Notes: generated from the sequence alone by a model not told the origin. 34,534 bases of DNA from Bacteroidota bacterium (GCA_005786915.1 SYCM01000094.1:1-34534); one strand, 5' to 3'. Positions 25,679 to 34,534 are shown, counted from the stretch's first letter. Made by a program: numbers and translations.

Positions 25679-26641
25679 ATGATTCGCACGGTTTTCTTTG
25701 GCACCCCCGACTTTGCCGTCACTTGCCTTAAAGCGCTTTCGGCATCTTCCGAAGTCGACGTGTGCGCGGTGGTCACGGCGCCGGATCGTCCTAGCGGTAG
25801 GGGGCAATCCATCCAGCCCTCGCCCGTTGCGCGGTTCGCCGAGGAGCTCGGCATTCCGGTTTTGCGCCCCGAACGATTAAAGGATGTTGCGTTTTTGGCG
25901 GAATTGCGCTCCCTTGAAGCCGACGTATTTACGGTAGTGGCTTTTCGCATGCTCCCCGAAGTAGTGTGGTCTATGCCGCGATTGGGGTCGCTCAACATTC
26001 ACGGATCGCTGCTGCCCGACCTGCGGGGCGCCGCCCCCATTCAGTGGAGCCTTGCCCACGGCGACTCCAAAACTGGGCTCACGGCCTTTTCGCTCAACGC
26101 CCACATCGACGAAGGCCCCATTTTGGCTCAGGTCGAGCTGGCGGTAGAACCGGACGAGACGCTGGGTTCGCTTTACCCCCGCATGGCCGAGGCGGGTGCC
26201 CAATTGGCGGTGCAGGTTTTGGCTGATTTCGCCCTAAACAAGCGAAACCCGCGGATTCAGCCCGAGTCGCCCAACCTTCGCTTGGCCCCCAAATTAGGGC
26301 CTGACTTTGCGCACCTGGAACAGCTTGACTCGTCGTTTTCGGTGCATAACCGCATTCGTGCCTGCGATTCAACGCCCGGAGCTAGCCTTCCGAGTCCCGA
26401 ACGCCCGGGGGAACGATTCAAGTTGTTTGCCAGTTCCTACCGTGCGACCCCCTTGAGCCAGGGCTCGGATTCGGTTTATTATGTAATTGATAATGAGTGT
26501 TTTAAGATAATTGACGGCCGTGGGGTGTCCGAAATTCACGAGATTCAATGGCCCGGAAAACGCCGCATGCCTGCCTCGGAATTTTTGCGCGGATCGCGAA
26601 TTAGAGGCCGATTTACACTTAGTGGTCAAAAAATTGACTAA
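25679..26641 (+). CDS. fmt: Methionyl-tRNA formyltransferase
   Basis: 320-aa ORF with VFFGTPDFAV, VVTAPDRPSGRG, LNIHGSLLPDLRGAAPIQW and a C-terminal OB-like domain. Confidence 0.92.
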   Translation: MIRTVFFGTPDFAVTCLKALSASSEVDVCAVVTAPDRPSGRGQSIQPSPVARFAEELGIPVLRPERLKDVAFLAELRSLEADVFTVVAFRMLPEVVWSMPRLGSLNIHGSLLPDLRGAAPIQWSLAHGDSKTGLTAFSLNAHIDEGPILAQVELAVEPDETLGSLYPRMAEAGAQLAVQVLADFALNKRNPRIQPESPNLRLAPKLGPDFAHLEQLDSSFSVHNRIRACDSTPGASLPSPERPGERFKLFASSYRATPLSQGSDSVYYVIDNECFKIIDGRGVSEIHEIQWPGKRRMPASEFLRGSRIRGRFTLSGQKID

Positions 26642-26645
26642 TTCC

Positions 26646-26675
26646 TTGTACGTATTGCGTTTCCGACTATATTTG
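26646..26675 (+). promoter_or_regulatory. Putative HU promoter (-33 TTG at 26646-26648, -7 TATATTTG at 26668-26675)
   Basis: TATATTTG is a perfect TAnnTTTG match with a TTG 19 nt upstream. It ends 41 nt before the HU ATG. Confidence 0.5.
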
Positions 26676-26715
26676 GGAAAACCAAACGTTTAATCACACT
26701 TTAAAAACATCAAGC

Positions 26716-26985
26716 ATGAACAAGGCAGAACTCATCGATGCCATCGCTGCAGACGCAGGTATCTCTAAAGCTCAAGCTAAATCAGCTTTGGATTCCGTTA
26801 CCAACAACATCGGCGGTGCTTTGGCCAAAGGAGGCAAAGTATCACTCGTAGGTTTCGGTACCTTCAGCGTATCAGCTCGCGGTGCTCGTGAGGGCCGCAA
26901 CCCCCAAACTGGCGCAACGATCAAAATCGCTGCCAAGAAGGTTGCTAAGTTCAAGGCTGGCGCTGAGCTGGCTGGCAAACTCTAA
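26716..26985 (+). CDS. hup: HU-family nucleoid-associated DNA-binding protein
   Basis: 89-aa ORF starting MNKAELIDAIA, with GFGTFSVSARGAREGRNPQTG and KFKAG, the canonical HU/IHF fold signature. Confidence 0.94.
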   Translation: MNKAELIDAIAADAGISKAQAKSALDSVTNNIGGALAKGGKVSLVGFGTFSVSARGAREGRNPQTGATIKIAAKKVAKFKAGAELAGKL

Positions 26986-27010
26986 TGCCCCCGAAATCAC
27001 CTAAACGCGA

Positions 27011-27034
27011 AAGCCGCCCTCGGGCGGCTTTTTT
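27011..27034 (+). terminator. Rho-independent terminator after HU (possibly bidirectional)
   Basis: Stem GCCGCC (27013-27018) pairs with GGCGGC (27023-27028) and is followed by a T6 run. It lies between the convergent HU and oxidoreductase genes. Confidence 0.8.
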
Positions 27035-27054
27035 CATGACCCAAAACGCCGCGG

Positions 27055-28065
27055 CTACTTCGCCAGGGCGTAGATGGACTCGATAATTTCGACCACCTTG
27101 AGTCCCTCAAGGGCGTTGGTGGTAATGGGGCGGGTACCCTCCAGCACGTCGCGCACGTTTTCGTACACATAAATGTGGTTGGCTGCGGACCCTTTGTAGG
27201 GGCCGTAGTCGTTGGGCGGATTGCTCGGGGCGAGCACCGGCATCTCGTAACCTTCAATATGGCAGTGCACCACTTCGTTCATGTACTGACCGGCCACTTT
27301 CAGGCTGCCCTTGGACCCAATCACCGTCATGGAACTCTCCAAGTTCGCGTCCCACACGCTGGTGCTGTAGTTCAGCGAACCCAGGGCGGCGCCGTGCTGG
27401 GGAAGGGCGAAATGCACGAGTCCGCTGTCCTCAAACGCAATACTGTGGCTGTGGTTGTAGTTGCGGAGTAGCGCACTCAGAGGCTTAACGTCGCCAAAAA
27501 CCCAGTATAAAATGTCGATGAAGTGGCTGAACTGCGTGAACAAGGTGCCTCCGTCGAGGTCCTTGGTTCCGTGCCATCCACCGGCGTGGTAGTAGCGGTC
27601 GTCGCGGTTCCAAAAGCAGTCAATGTGGACCTGGTAGATGTCCCCTAGGCGGCCCTCGTCCACCACCGACTTGAGCCACTCCGAAGGCGGTGAGTAGCGG
27701 TTCTGCATCACCCCAAACACGTAGCGGCCGTGCTGAAGGGCCGCGTGCAGTACGCGTTCCGCGTCCGCCTTGCGCAGCGCCATGGGCTTTTCAATGATCA
27801 CGTGGGCGTGGGCATTGAGGGCCGTCAAAGCGTGTTCGGCGTGAAGTCCGTTGGGGCTAGCGATGGCTACCACGTCCACGCGGTGCGCGGCCAGCAGCTC
27901 CTCTAGGCTTCGGTAGTGCGGAACCTCAGATTTTAACCCCAGCTCCTCGGCGGATTTTAGGTCGCAGGTCGCCACGAGCTGCGCTCCGCGGACGTTGCGA
28001 ATCATTTCAAGATGGCGTTGGCCAATGCGGCCGCAGCCGACCACGGCAAAAGTCGATGAACTCAT
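27055..28065 (-). CDS. Gfo/Idh/MocA family NAD(P)-dependent oxidoreductase
   Basis: Start chosen at the ATG at 28065 (MSSSTFAVVGCGRIGQRH, a Rossmann motif). It also has EKPMAL and a dimerisation-domain region. The start overlaps the pdxH stop in an ATGA arrangement. Confidence 0.85.
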   Translation of the reverse strand: MSSSTFAVVGCGRIGQRHLEMIRNVRGAQLVATCDLKSAEELGLKSEVPHYRSLEELLAAHRVDVVAIASPNGLHAEHALTALNAHAHVIIEKPMALRKADAERVLHAALQHGRYVFGVMQNRYSPPSEWLKSVVDEGRLGDIYQVHIDCFWNRDDRYYHAGGWHGTKDLDGGTLFTQFSHFIDILYWVFGDVKPLSALLRNYNHSHSIAFEDSGLVHFALPQHGAALGSLNYSTSVWDANLESSMTVIGSKGSLKVAGQYMNEVVHCHIEGYEMPVLAPSNPPNDYGPYKGSAANHIYVYENVRDVLEGTRPITTNALEGLKVVEIIESIYALAK

Positions 28066-28697
28066 GGTTGAAGTCGTTGCGCCGTCCACGTTTCGGCAGC
28101 GCTTAAGTGAAACTGAATGCGGTCGTGCAAGCGGCTGGCCCTTCCCTGCCAAAACTCAATTCGGTCCACGGCCAGGGCAAATCCGCCCCAATGCTCCGGG
28201 CGGACCACCCCGTCAGGGTTTGCGCGCTGCACCTCCGCCAGTCGCTGCTCCATTTCAGAACGCGAGGCAATGGGTTGCGATTGGTCCGAAGCCGCCGCAC
28301 CCCACTGACTTCCCAGCGGTCGGCTCGCGAAGTAGGCGTCGCTTTCAGAGGCCGGAATCCGGCGCACGCGCCCGCCAATTCGAATTTGGCGCTCCAAACT
28401 CGGCCAAAAAAACAAGGCGTGCGCCGACGGATCATGGGCTAAGTCCCGGCCTTTTTTGGATGCGTAATTCGTATAAAACACCATTTCACGGCCCCGAAGC
28501 TCCTTGAGCAACACGATGCGCGCGTCGGGGTGCCCCTCGGACGACACCGTGCTCAGGGCAAACGCCGTAGAATCCTCAACCCCAGTAGCCCGATATTCCT
28601 CGAGCCAGGCCGCAAATTGAACCATGGGGTCCGCGTTCAGCCAACGGTCGTCAAGACTCCCCTTGATATATTCTTTGCGGTCGTCGTGCAGCGCCAT
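28062..28697 (-). CDS. pdxH: Pyridoxamine 5'-phosphate oxidase
   Basis: 211-aa ORF with RIVLLKE, FYTNYASKKG, QIRIGG, YFASRP, WGGF and EFWQGRASRLHDR. Confidence 0.93.
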   Translation of the reverse strand: MALHDDRKEYIKGSLDDRWLNADPMVQFAAWLEEYRATGVEDSTAFALSTVSSEGHPDARIVLLKELRGREMVFYTNYASKKGRDLAHDPSAHALFFWPSLERQIRIGGRVRRIPASESDAYFASRPLGSQWGAAASDQSQPIASRSEMEQRLAEVQRANPDGVVRPEHWGGFALAVDRIEFWQGRASRLHDRIQFHLSAAETWTAQRLQP

Positions 28698-28718
28698 ATT
28701 TGCGCTAAATTAGTTCGC

Positions 28719-29261
28719 ATGCAGGGCAAACCGGGCGATTTTTTACTCGCGCATCCATTATTAGAAGACGAAAACTTCGAGCGCAGCATCGTCCTCTTGA
28801 CCCAATGGGATGAAGACGGGGCCGCGGGGCTCATTATCAATCGATTAAGTGACTTTACTTTGGATCAAGCCCTCAAGGGTACGTGGCCCGCTTGGAAGCT
28901 TTACATCGGTGGGCCGGTGCGCACGGATTCGCTGTACTTTGTGCACCAGCGGCCCGACCTGATTTCTGGAGGCCTTTTGGTAGGCGACGCACTCTATTTC
29001 GGAGGGGATTTCGATGCTATGCAGCACGCCGTTCGCCACGACTTGATTGACGAAGGAGAAATACTCTTTGCGGCGGGCTATGCTGGATGGACCCAAGGAC
29101 AGCTGGAAGGCGAATTGGACGAAGGAAGCTGGGTGCTGCAGCCGTCGGGTTCATGCGAGACCTGGTGGAAGCGCGAAGACCTCTACCCCTTGTTGGCCCA
29201 AAATTGGCCCGACGAATTGAAGCTTTGGGTTAACAAGCCCGAGGTTCCCTATTGGAATTGA
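28719..29261 (+). CDS. YqgE/AlgH family (UPF0301) protein
   Basis: Start chosen at the ATG at 28719 (MQGKPGDFLLAHPLLEDENFERSIVLLTQWDEDGAAGLIINR); GGPV and GYAGWTQGQLEGEL are also present. The longer track ORF from 28530 would run antisense through pdxH. Confidence 0.85.
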   Translation: MQGKPGDFLLAHPLLEDENFERSIVLLTQWDEDGAAGLIINRLSDFTLDQALKGTWPAWKLYIGGPVRTDSLYFVHQRPDLISGGLLVGDALYFGGDFDAMQHAVRHDLIDEGEILFAAGYAGWTQGQLEGELDEGSWVLQPSGSCETWWKREDLYPLLAQNWPDELKLWVNKPEVPYWN

Positions 29262-30043
29262 GCGATTTCTGACTCGGCTTGAACGAGTTGCTGCATGCGC
29301 TCCGCCGCCGTTGAGCCGTAGCTGGTCTTGCGGAACTGCCGTACCGCTGCCACCCCGTGAATGCTGTTGGTGAGCCAAACCTCTTCGGCGTGCTGGAGTG
29401 CGAACGGGCTGAAGAGTTCTTCGCGCACGCTCAAACCCATTTGGGGCGCCAATCGCAGCACCACTTCGCGCATCACGCCGCGAAGGGCTCCCGACTCCAG
29501 CGGAGGCGTCCACAGCTCCGACCCTTTGACAAACATGACGTTAGAGCGCGATGCCTCAAGGACCTGATTATCTGCATTCAGGATCAGCACGTCGTCGACG
29601 CGCTGTTCGCGCGCAAAACCGGCGGCGAGCACATAAAGCAAGGCGTTGGACGACTTGACGTTGCCCAGCAGCCCCGCCGACTTGCGGTGCTCTTGAAACA
29701 GTCCGAGCTCCGGCCTCAGGACCGGGAGCGGGTATCCGACGTGATCGAGTGGCTGCAGGTCTACCTCCCACGCCACCGCCGCATCTTGGGGCGGCGCGTA
29801 GCCCAGAGGACCCCGGCGCGTTACCTGCAGGCGCAGGCGGTAGTCCACTCGAGGATCGAGGTCCGCAATGCCCAAATCGCGCAGCCAACCTTGGGGGCTC
29901 CAGTGACTCGGAATGGGCATTCGAAGAATGCGCATTCCCGCCAGAAGCCTGAAGTAATGTTCCTCGGGATGAAGCAGGCGGCCGCCCGAAACCCGCATGG
30001 TTTCGAACAGTCCGTCGCCGTAGGCTTGCGCCCGGTCCATCAT
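29249..30043 (-). CDS. Class IV aminotransferase (aminodeoxychorismate lyase / branched-chain or D-amino-acid type)
   Basis: 264-aa ORF with YGDGLFETMRV and a fold-type IV pattern (LEASRSNVMFV, GVMRE). The start overlaps the sucD stop by 1 nt (TAATG). Confidence 0.78.
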   Translation of the reverse strand: MMDRAQAYGDGLFETMRVSGGRLLHPEEHYFRLLAGMRILRMPIPSHWSPQGWLRDLGIADLDPRVDYRLRLQVTRRGPLGYAPPQDAAVAWEVDLQPLDHVGYPLPVLRPELGLFQEHRKSAGLLGNVKSSNALLYVLAAGFAREQRVDDVLILNADNQVLEASRSNVMFVKGSELWTPPLESGALRGVMREVVLRLAPQMGLSVREELFSPFALQHAEEVWLTNSIHGVAAVRQFRKTSYGSTAAERMQQLVQAESEIAQFQ

Positions 30044-30924
30044 TAAGCGGTAACGCCGAAGAGCTCCGCCATGCGCTTGCCGATGTGGGCGGGCGAATCG
30101 ACGACTTCAACGCCGCATTCGCGCAAAATGGCTTTCTTGGCCTGCGCCGTGTCGTCGGCACCGCCAACAATGGCTCCCGCATGGCCCATAGTGCGGCCCT
30201 TGGGTGCCGTTTCGCCAGCGATGAAACCTACGACGGGCTTGCGGTTGCCGTCGGCCTTGATCCAGCGAGCCGCCTCGGCTTCGAGCTGGCCGCCAATTTC
30301 GCCGATCATTACAATGCCTTCGGTCTCGGGGTCGTTCATGAGCAGCTCTACGGCTTCGCGCGTGGTCGTGCCGATGATGGGGTCTCCGCCAATTCCAATG
30401 GCAGTGGTCACGCCCAATCCCGCTTTAACCAGTTGATCCGCGGCTTCGTAGGTCAAGGTACCCGACTTGGAAACGATTCCAATCTTGCCTTTTTTGAACA
30501 CGAAACCAGGCATAATGCCCACCTTCGCTTCGTCGGCCGTGATGACGCCCGGGCAGTTGGGGCCGATGAGGCGCACTCCGCGCTTGGTCACGTAGGCCTT
30601 GGCCTTCATCATGTCTGCGACGGGAATGCCCTCGGTGATGCACACGATAACCTGAATTCCGGCGTCGGCGGCTTCCATGATTCCGTCGGCGGCAAACGCG
30701 GGCGGAACAAAAATGATGGACACGTCTGCTCCGGTGGCCCGAACGGCATCGCTCACCGTGTTGAATACGGGGCGATCAAGGTGCTGCTGGCCCCCTTTCC
30801 CCGGGGTAATGCCTCCGACCACATTGGTTCCGTAGGCAATCATTTGCTCGGCGTGGAAGCTGCCTTCCTTGCCCGTAAAACCTTGGACGATGATTTTGGA
30901 TTTTTTGTGGACCAGGACGCTCAT
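30043..30924 (-). CDS. sucD: Succinyl-CoA ligase (ADP-forming) alpha subunit
   Basis: 293-aa ORF with [29 protein letters not shown] and the phosphohistidine loop MGHAGAIV. Confidence 0.96.
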   Translation of the reverse strand: MSVLVHKKSKIIVQGFTGKEGSFHAEQMIAYGTNVVGGITPGKGGQQHLDRPVFNTVSDAVRATGADVSIIFVPPAFAADGIMEAADAGIQVIVCITEGIPVADMMKAKAYVTKRGVRLIGPNCPGVITADEAKVGIMPGFVFKKGKIGIVSKSGTLTYEAADQLVKAGLGVTTAIGIGGDPIIGTTTREAVELLMNDPETEGIVMIGEIGGQLEAEAARWIKADGNRKPVVGFIAGETAPKGRTMGHAGAIVGGADDTAQAKKAILRECGVEVVDSPAHIGKRMAELFGVTA

Positions 30925-30957
30925 TACGGTTTCAAGGATTAGCGGTTAATTGCGCGG

Positions 30958-30983
30958 CAAAAGTACGACGGGCAAGGCGGATT
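30958..30983 (-). promoter_or_regulatory. Putative sucD promoter: AATCCG-N12-TACTTTTG
   Basis: The minus strand reads AATCCGCCTTGCCCGTCGTACTTTTGC. The -7 box ends 34 nt before the sucD ATG, the same geometry as upstream of sucC. The AATCCG element overlaps the stop codon of the S46 peptidase gene. Confidence 0.5.
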
Positions 30984-33033
30984 AGCGGACGATGTTCATC
31001 TCCTGAATCAGTCGATCCGCACCCGCGTAGCGGTCCACAACCCATAGCACGTAGCGAATGTCCACCATGATGTTTCGGCAACGCTGGGGCGTGAAGTAGA
31101 AGTCGCTCATGGTTCCTTCCCAAACGCGGTCAAAATTGAGGCCGACCAGCTCGCCTTGGGCGTTGAATGCCGGACTGCCCGAATTGCCGCCCGAGGTGTG
31201 GTTCGCGGCTAAGAAGCATACTGGGAGTTCTCCGTTGCTCAAGGCGTAGGGGCCGTAATCTCGAACCTCAAGCTTGGCGCGGTAGGCCTCCGGAAGGTCG
31301 AATTCGTAGTCGCCAGGGCGGTACTTCGCGAGCACGCCGTCTGCGGTTGTGTGGGTGGTGTAGCGCATTCCGTCCGCCGGAGAAAATCCGCCCGCGCGGC
31401 CGTAAGCCACCCGCAATGTCGAGTTGGCGTCGGCGGCAATCTGCCGGTTGCCCGCGGCTGCGGCCGCCAACTGCAGGGCCATCCAGTCCTTCATGCCCGA
31501 CTGGTATGCCGACTCGGCCGGAGAAAGCCTCGCCATCAAGGCGTTGAACTCCTCGCGAAGCATTCCGCTCAACCCCAGCGCGGCATGCGCCTTGGCCTGG
31601 GCGTCAAACGCGTCCCACGAAGTTCCCTCGGCCGGCAAGGCAGGGACCGAAGACGCCACGCTGGCCTGGGTAAAGCGTGACAAATCCAGTTCCGAGTGCG
31701 CCACTTGGGCATTGGCATTCCATGCCGCGATCAGGCGCACGGCAGCACGACGGTCCAGCTCGGGATTCCAATCTTGGTACAGTTCGCGCAAGGCGGCCCT
31801 TGGTTTGTCGAGGTTGTCGCCCATTGCCGCAGCCTTTAAATAGGCAGTGGTCAGGCGGCTCCAGGTCACCAGTTCCCAGCGTGGAAGCAGTTCCTGGTAG
31901 TACAGAGCGGTCCAGCGGTCTCGCTCGAGGCGCTGGTTTTCTTGGGCAAAACGCTCCGTCAGTGCGCGTCCTTGGGGCGAAAAGGCCGCCACGCGGGCTT
32001 CGCGAGCCGCCAGTGTATCGAGGCCTGAAACCTCGGCCATGCCTTCGATTTGACCAATCCACTTCTTCCATCCGTTGGCAACACTGGCGTACTTGGAGGC
32101 GTACTGAATTTTGACCTTGGGATCGACGCGCATCGCGGAATCCCAGGTGCGAAGGACCTCGTGGCGCATCGCGACCCGCGTGGGCAGCATCACGTCGAGC
32201 TGCTGCTTGACTTCTGATACAGGCATGTAGCTGTCGGTGCGGCCAGGGAAGCCATAAATAAGGGTGAAATCCCCCTCTTCCACCCCGCGAAGGCTGATGG
32301 CCAACGGCTTGGCAACGTTCATTGGAACATTGTTCGGGCTGTATTCCGCCGGACTTCCGTCGGGAGCCGTGTACACGCGGAACAGCGAAAAATCGCCCGT
32401 GTGGCGCGGCCATACCCAGTTGTCGGTGTCGGAGCCGTACTTGCCCACCGCGCTCGGCGGCGTACCTACCAAGCGCACGTCGGGGTAGCGGCGAGCCGTG
32501 GTCAAGACGTAGCGGTTGCCGGCAAAAAGGGGCTTCACGCTGTAGATCCACGACGCGTCGGTTTTGGGTTGGGCAGCCGCAACCGACTTCATGGCTTCGG
32601 CGGGGTCTTGCCCCTTGGAAACCAGAGACTGTACCGCCAAGGTCACGTCTTCGGTGCGCAGCACAAAGTCCACAAACAACCCGGGATTGGGTTTTTCGTC
32701 TGCGTAGGACGCGGCCCAAAATCCGTGCTCCAGCAGGTTGTCTTCGAGGCTTGAATGCGACTGGATGGCGTCGTACCCGCAATGGTGATTGGTCAAAATC
32801 AGGCCCTTACTCGAAATCACTTCGCCGGTGCAGAATCCGCCAAAATGCACGACCGACTCGTTGAGTCCGCCCCCAGCAGCGGAATACACGGCCTCGGGCT
32901 TCATGCGCATCCCAAGGGCCTTCATGTCGGCTTTACGGCTGGCGACTTCGTGCGGAAACCACATTCCTTGCGCCCACGTCGGGGCCGAACTGAGGGCGGT
33001 CGCCGACAGCACCGCCAAGAGCATCTTCTTCAT
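30982..33033 (-). CDS. S46 family dipeptidyl-peptidase (DPP7/DPP11-like), secreted
   Basis: 683-aa ORF with a signal peptide (MKKMLLAVLSATALSSAPTWAQG). It also has GMWFP, CTGEVISSKGLILTNHHCG (catalytic His region) and the C-terminal GGNSGSP serine motif. Confidence 0.9.
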   Translation of the reverse strand: MKKMLLAVLSATALSSAPTWAQGMWFPHEVASRKADMKALGMRMKPEAVYSAAGGGLNESVVHFGGFCTGEVISSKGLILTNHHCGYDAIQSHSSLEDNLLEHGFWAASYADEKPNPGLFVDFVLRTEDVTLAVQSLVSKGQDPAEAMKSVAAAQPKTDASWIYSVKPLFAGNRYVLTTARRYPDVRLVGTPPSAVGKYGSDTDNWVWPRHTGDFSLFRVYTAPDGSPAEYSPNNVPMNVAKPLAISLRGVEEGDFTLIYGFPGRTDSYMPVSEVKQQLDVMLPTRVAMRHEVLRTWDSAMRVDPKVKIQYASKYASVANGWKKWIGQIEGMAEVSGLDTLAAREARVAAFSPQGRALTERFAQENQRLERDRWTALYYQELLPRWELVTWSRLTTAYLKAAAMGDNLDKPRAALRELYQDWNPELDRRAAVRLIAAWNANAQVAHSELDLSRFTQASVASSVPALPAEGTSWDAFDAQAKAHAALGLSGMLREEFNALMARLSPAESAYQSGMKDWMALQLAAAAAGNRQIAADANSTLRVAYGRAGGFSPADGMRYTTHTTADGVLAKYRPGDYEFDLPEAYRAKLEVRDYGPYALSNGELPVCFLAANHTSGGNSGSPAFNAQGELVGLNFDRVWEGTMSDFYFTPQRCRNIMVDIRYVLWVVDRYAGADRLIQEMNIVR

Positions 33034-33060
33034 TGCCCTAAGATACGGACGCCGAAAACG

Positions 33061-33085
33061 AAAAAACCCGCCGGGTGGGCGGGTT
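33061..33085 (-). terminator. Rho-independent terminator after fabG
   Basis: The minus strand reads AACCCGCC-CACCC-GGCGGGTTTTTT, a 6-bp GC stem followed by a T6 run. It lies 24 nt beyond the fabG stop. Confidence 0.8.
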
Positions 33086-33108
33086 GACGTACTAGTACGT
33101 ACTTGAGA

Positions 33109-33852
33109 TCAGGTCAGCAAACCTCCGTCGACCTGCAGAACTTGGCCGCTGATGTAGGACGAAAGGTCGCTCGCCAAGAACACGCAGGCGTTGGCCACGT
33201 CTTCGGGCTGGCCGCCGCGCTTCAACGGAATGGCGTCGCGCCACGACTGCACCACTTTTTCGTCGAGCACTCCGGTCATTTCGGTTTCGATAAAACCGGG
33301 GGCGATGGCGTTGCAACGAACTCCGCGCGAACCCAGCTCCAGCGCCACCGACTTGGTGAATCCAATGATTCCCGCCTTGGAGGCCGCGTAGTTCGACTGG
33401 CCGGCGTTGCCCTTGATGCCGACGATGCTCGATATGTTGATGATGCTTCCCGAGCGCTGCTTGAGGAAGTAGCGTTGAACGTGCTTGGTCGTGTTGAACA
33501 CCGACTTGAGGTTGGTCGAAATGACCTGATCGAAGTCCTCTTCGCTCATGCGGAGCAGCAACGTGTCGCGGGTAATTCCGGCATTGTTGACGACGACGTC
33601 GATTTGGCCGAATCGCGCTACGACGTCTTCGATTAGTTTTTCGGCCTGCTCGCCGCTCGAGGCGTCGCTGCGAAAGCCGGCTGCCTCGCCGTACCGGCTC
33701 AGTTCGGCTTCAAGCGCTTGCCCGCGCTCAACGCTGCTCAAGTAGGTGAACGCGACTTTGGCGCCTTCTTGCGCGAAGCGCTCGGCGATGGCTTTGCCGA
33801 TTCCTTTGGATGCGCCGGTGATTAAGGCGACTTTTCCGTCAAGTAGTCCCAT
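33109..33852 (-). CDS. fabG: 3-oxoacyl-[acyl-carrier-protein] reductase (SDR)
   Basis: 247-aa ORF with TGASKGIGKAIA, NNAGIT, the catalytic YAASKAG motif and PGFIETEMT. Confidence 0.92.
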   Translation of the reverse strand: MGLLDGKVALITGASKGIGKAIAERFAQEGAKVAFTYLSSVERGQALEAELSRYGEAAGFRSDASSGEQAEKLIEDVVARFGQIDVVVNNAGITRDTLLLRMSEEDFDQVISTNLKSVFNTTKHVQRYFLKQRSGSIINISSIVGIKGNAGQSNYAASKAGIIGFTKSVALELGSRGVRCNAIAPGFIETEMTGVLDEKVVQSWRDAIPLKRGGQPEDVANACVFLASDLSSYISGQVLQVDGGLLT

Positions 33853-34465
33853 GAGTATTTAGTTTGGGGCCCAAGGTACGTTCAGCAAGCCACGCGGAGC
33901 AAAGCCCAATCAACCAGCCCGCCACTACGTCTTCGACCCAGTGGTAGTGCAAAAACAAGCGACTTATCCCTATGCTGACGCCCAGCGCGAGGTAGCACCC
34001 GCTCCACGACGGCTTGCGAAAGGCCAAGAACAGCGCAAAAAAGGCACCCGTGGCGCTGTGGCCCGAGGGAAAGGTCTTGAGCCGGGCCGGATCGAGCAGC
34101 ACGGAGTGCCGAATCCCCTCTACCGCGCCGTAGGGCCGCACGAGGTCGGGCCAAAAGAAGTTCTTAGCCACCTGCGGAACCAGGGCCGCCGCAGCAAACC
34201 CCAGCAGAAATACCGCCCATTCCGCGCGGTTGCTGCGCCGCAGTGCGAGCCAGACGGCCACGACCAAGGCCATGGCTCCGTCGCCCAAGGCGGTCAAGCC
34301 GTGCATCACCTCAAAAAGGGGCAATCGGTCGAGTCCGCGGTGAAACGCATGACTTCCCATGGCGCCGTTGAGCGCCGCGAGCAGAACCGCCGAGGTTCCA
34401 AAGAAGAGCGCGGCCTGAACTACGACCCGATGGTGCGCAGCAGCGTCGTGATTTGGCTTTGCCAC
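33839..34465 (-). CDS. PAP2-superfamily membrane phosphatase
   Basis: 208-aa ORF with a GTG start at 34465. PAP2 motifs are PSGHSATG and SRLFLHYHWVEDVVAG, and several TM segments are present. The only other start is the ATG at 34360, but high GC3 in this frame between 34419 and 34360 argues for the GTG. Confidence 0.72.
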   Translation of the reverse strand: MAKPNHDAAAHHRVVVQAALFFGTSAVLLAALNGAMGSHAFHRGLDRLPLFEVMHGLTALGDGAMALVVAVWLALRRSNRAEWAVFLLGFAAAALVPQVAKNFFWPDLVRPYGAVEGIRHSVLLDPARLKTFPSGHSATGAFFALFLAFRKPSWSGCYLALGVSIGISRLFLHYHWVEDVVAGWLIGLCSAWLAERTLGPKLNTHGTT

Positions 34466-34534
34466 AGCGACCTCATTTCGTGTTCTTCGTCGGGCTCCAC
34501 GTAGTCGGTTACCGTGAGCAGTCCGTCGCCGGTA
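34420..34534 (-). CDS. 3' end of an unidentified CDS entering from beyond the window end
   Basis: Hand translation of the reverse complement gives ...TGDGLLTVTDYVEPDEEHEMRSLWQSQITTLLRTIGS*, with the stop at 34422-34420. GC3 is strongly biased (about 29 of 37 codons). It overlaps the PAP2 GTG start by 46 nt. I recognise no family. Confidence 0.35.
   Translation of the reverse strand, partial: TGDGLLTVTDYVEPDEEHEMRSLWQSQITTLLRTIGS

Noticed and set aside
28704-28712. CTAA-A-TTAG inverted repeat in the 21-bp pdxH/yqgE spacer as a second operator for the S24 repressor
   Set aside because: Only the 4-nt cores match, and the spacing (1 nt) differs from the 5-nt and 2-nt spacings at the repressor gene. 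The flanking bases do not match TGCTAA/TTAGCA.
31604-32782. 392-aa alternative-frame ORF on the same strand as the S46 peptidase
   Set aside because: The off-frame translation is extremely Arg/Gly/Pro-rich, while the S46 frame carries the signal peptide, the His region and the GGNSGSP serine motif.
33941-34504. 187-aa plus-strand ORF opposite the PAP2 gene
   Set aside because: It is antisense to a frame with clear PAP2 motifs and has an Arg/Gly/Gln-rich composition.
1-34534. Search for CRISPR arrays, tRNA/rRNA genes, IS elements, integrases, toxin-antitoxin pairs or recognisable defence genes
   Set aside because: The non-coding gaps are at most 222 bp and AT-rich, with no regularly spaced repeats or tRNA-like GC-rich cloverleaf candidates. 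No ORF shows transposase, integrase, nuclease-NTPase or other defence-type motifs that I can recognise.

Overview
This 34.5-kb window looks like a densely coded, fairly high-GC (about 60% by eye) Bacteroidota-type chromosomal segment. Evidence for that lineage: an S46 dipeptidyl-peptidase, TIGR02757 and DUF2452 proteins, unlinked sucC and sucD, and short AT-rich spacers carrying TAnnTTTG-type -7 boxes. I support about 35 CDS. Most are housekeeping genes: rarA, sucC, sucD, gyrA, clpC, recQ, fmt, HU, pdxH and fabG. I found no rRNA, tRNA, CRISPR array, transposase, integrase or phage structural gene. The only module that reads as a discrete system lies at 10.2-16.2 kb. It is a same-strand, SOS-type translesion/mutagenesis cassette made of four genes: a self-cleaving XRE-HTH/S24 (LexA/CI-like) repressor, a catalytically intact Y-family polymerase (DinB type), an SRAP (YedK/HMCES-type) abasic-site peptidase, and an error-prone DnaE2. 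A perfect 6-N5-6 palindrome overlaps the predicted promoter of the repressor gene. The composition differs from the classic lexA-imuA-imuB-dnaE2 arrangement: no ImuA-like ORF is present and an active polymerase occupies the ImuB position. Smaller observations include a lower-GC islet holding a tail-less SSB paralog and a zinc-ribbon ORF around a 193-bp AT-rich divergent region. The distant sucC and sucD genes also share a matched promoter architecture. There are 21-bp-phased GC-rich direct repeats upstream of gyrA, two CATG overlaps of divergent start codons, and a RecQ with a displaced zinc-finger cluster. All family calls come from motif recognition by eye. No database search or computation was possible, and most of the window is ordinary core genome.
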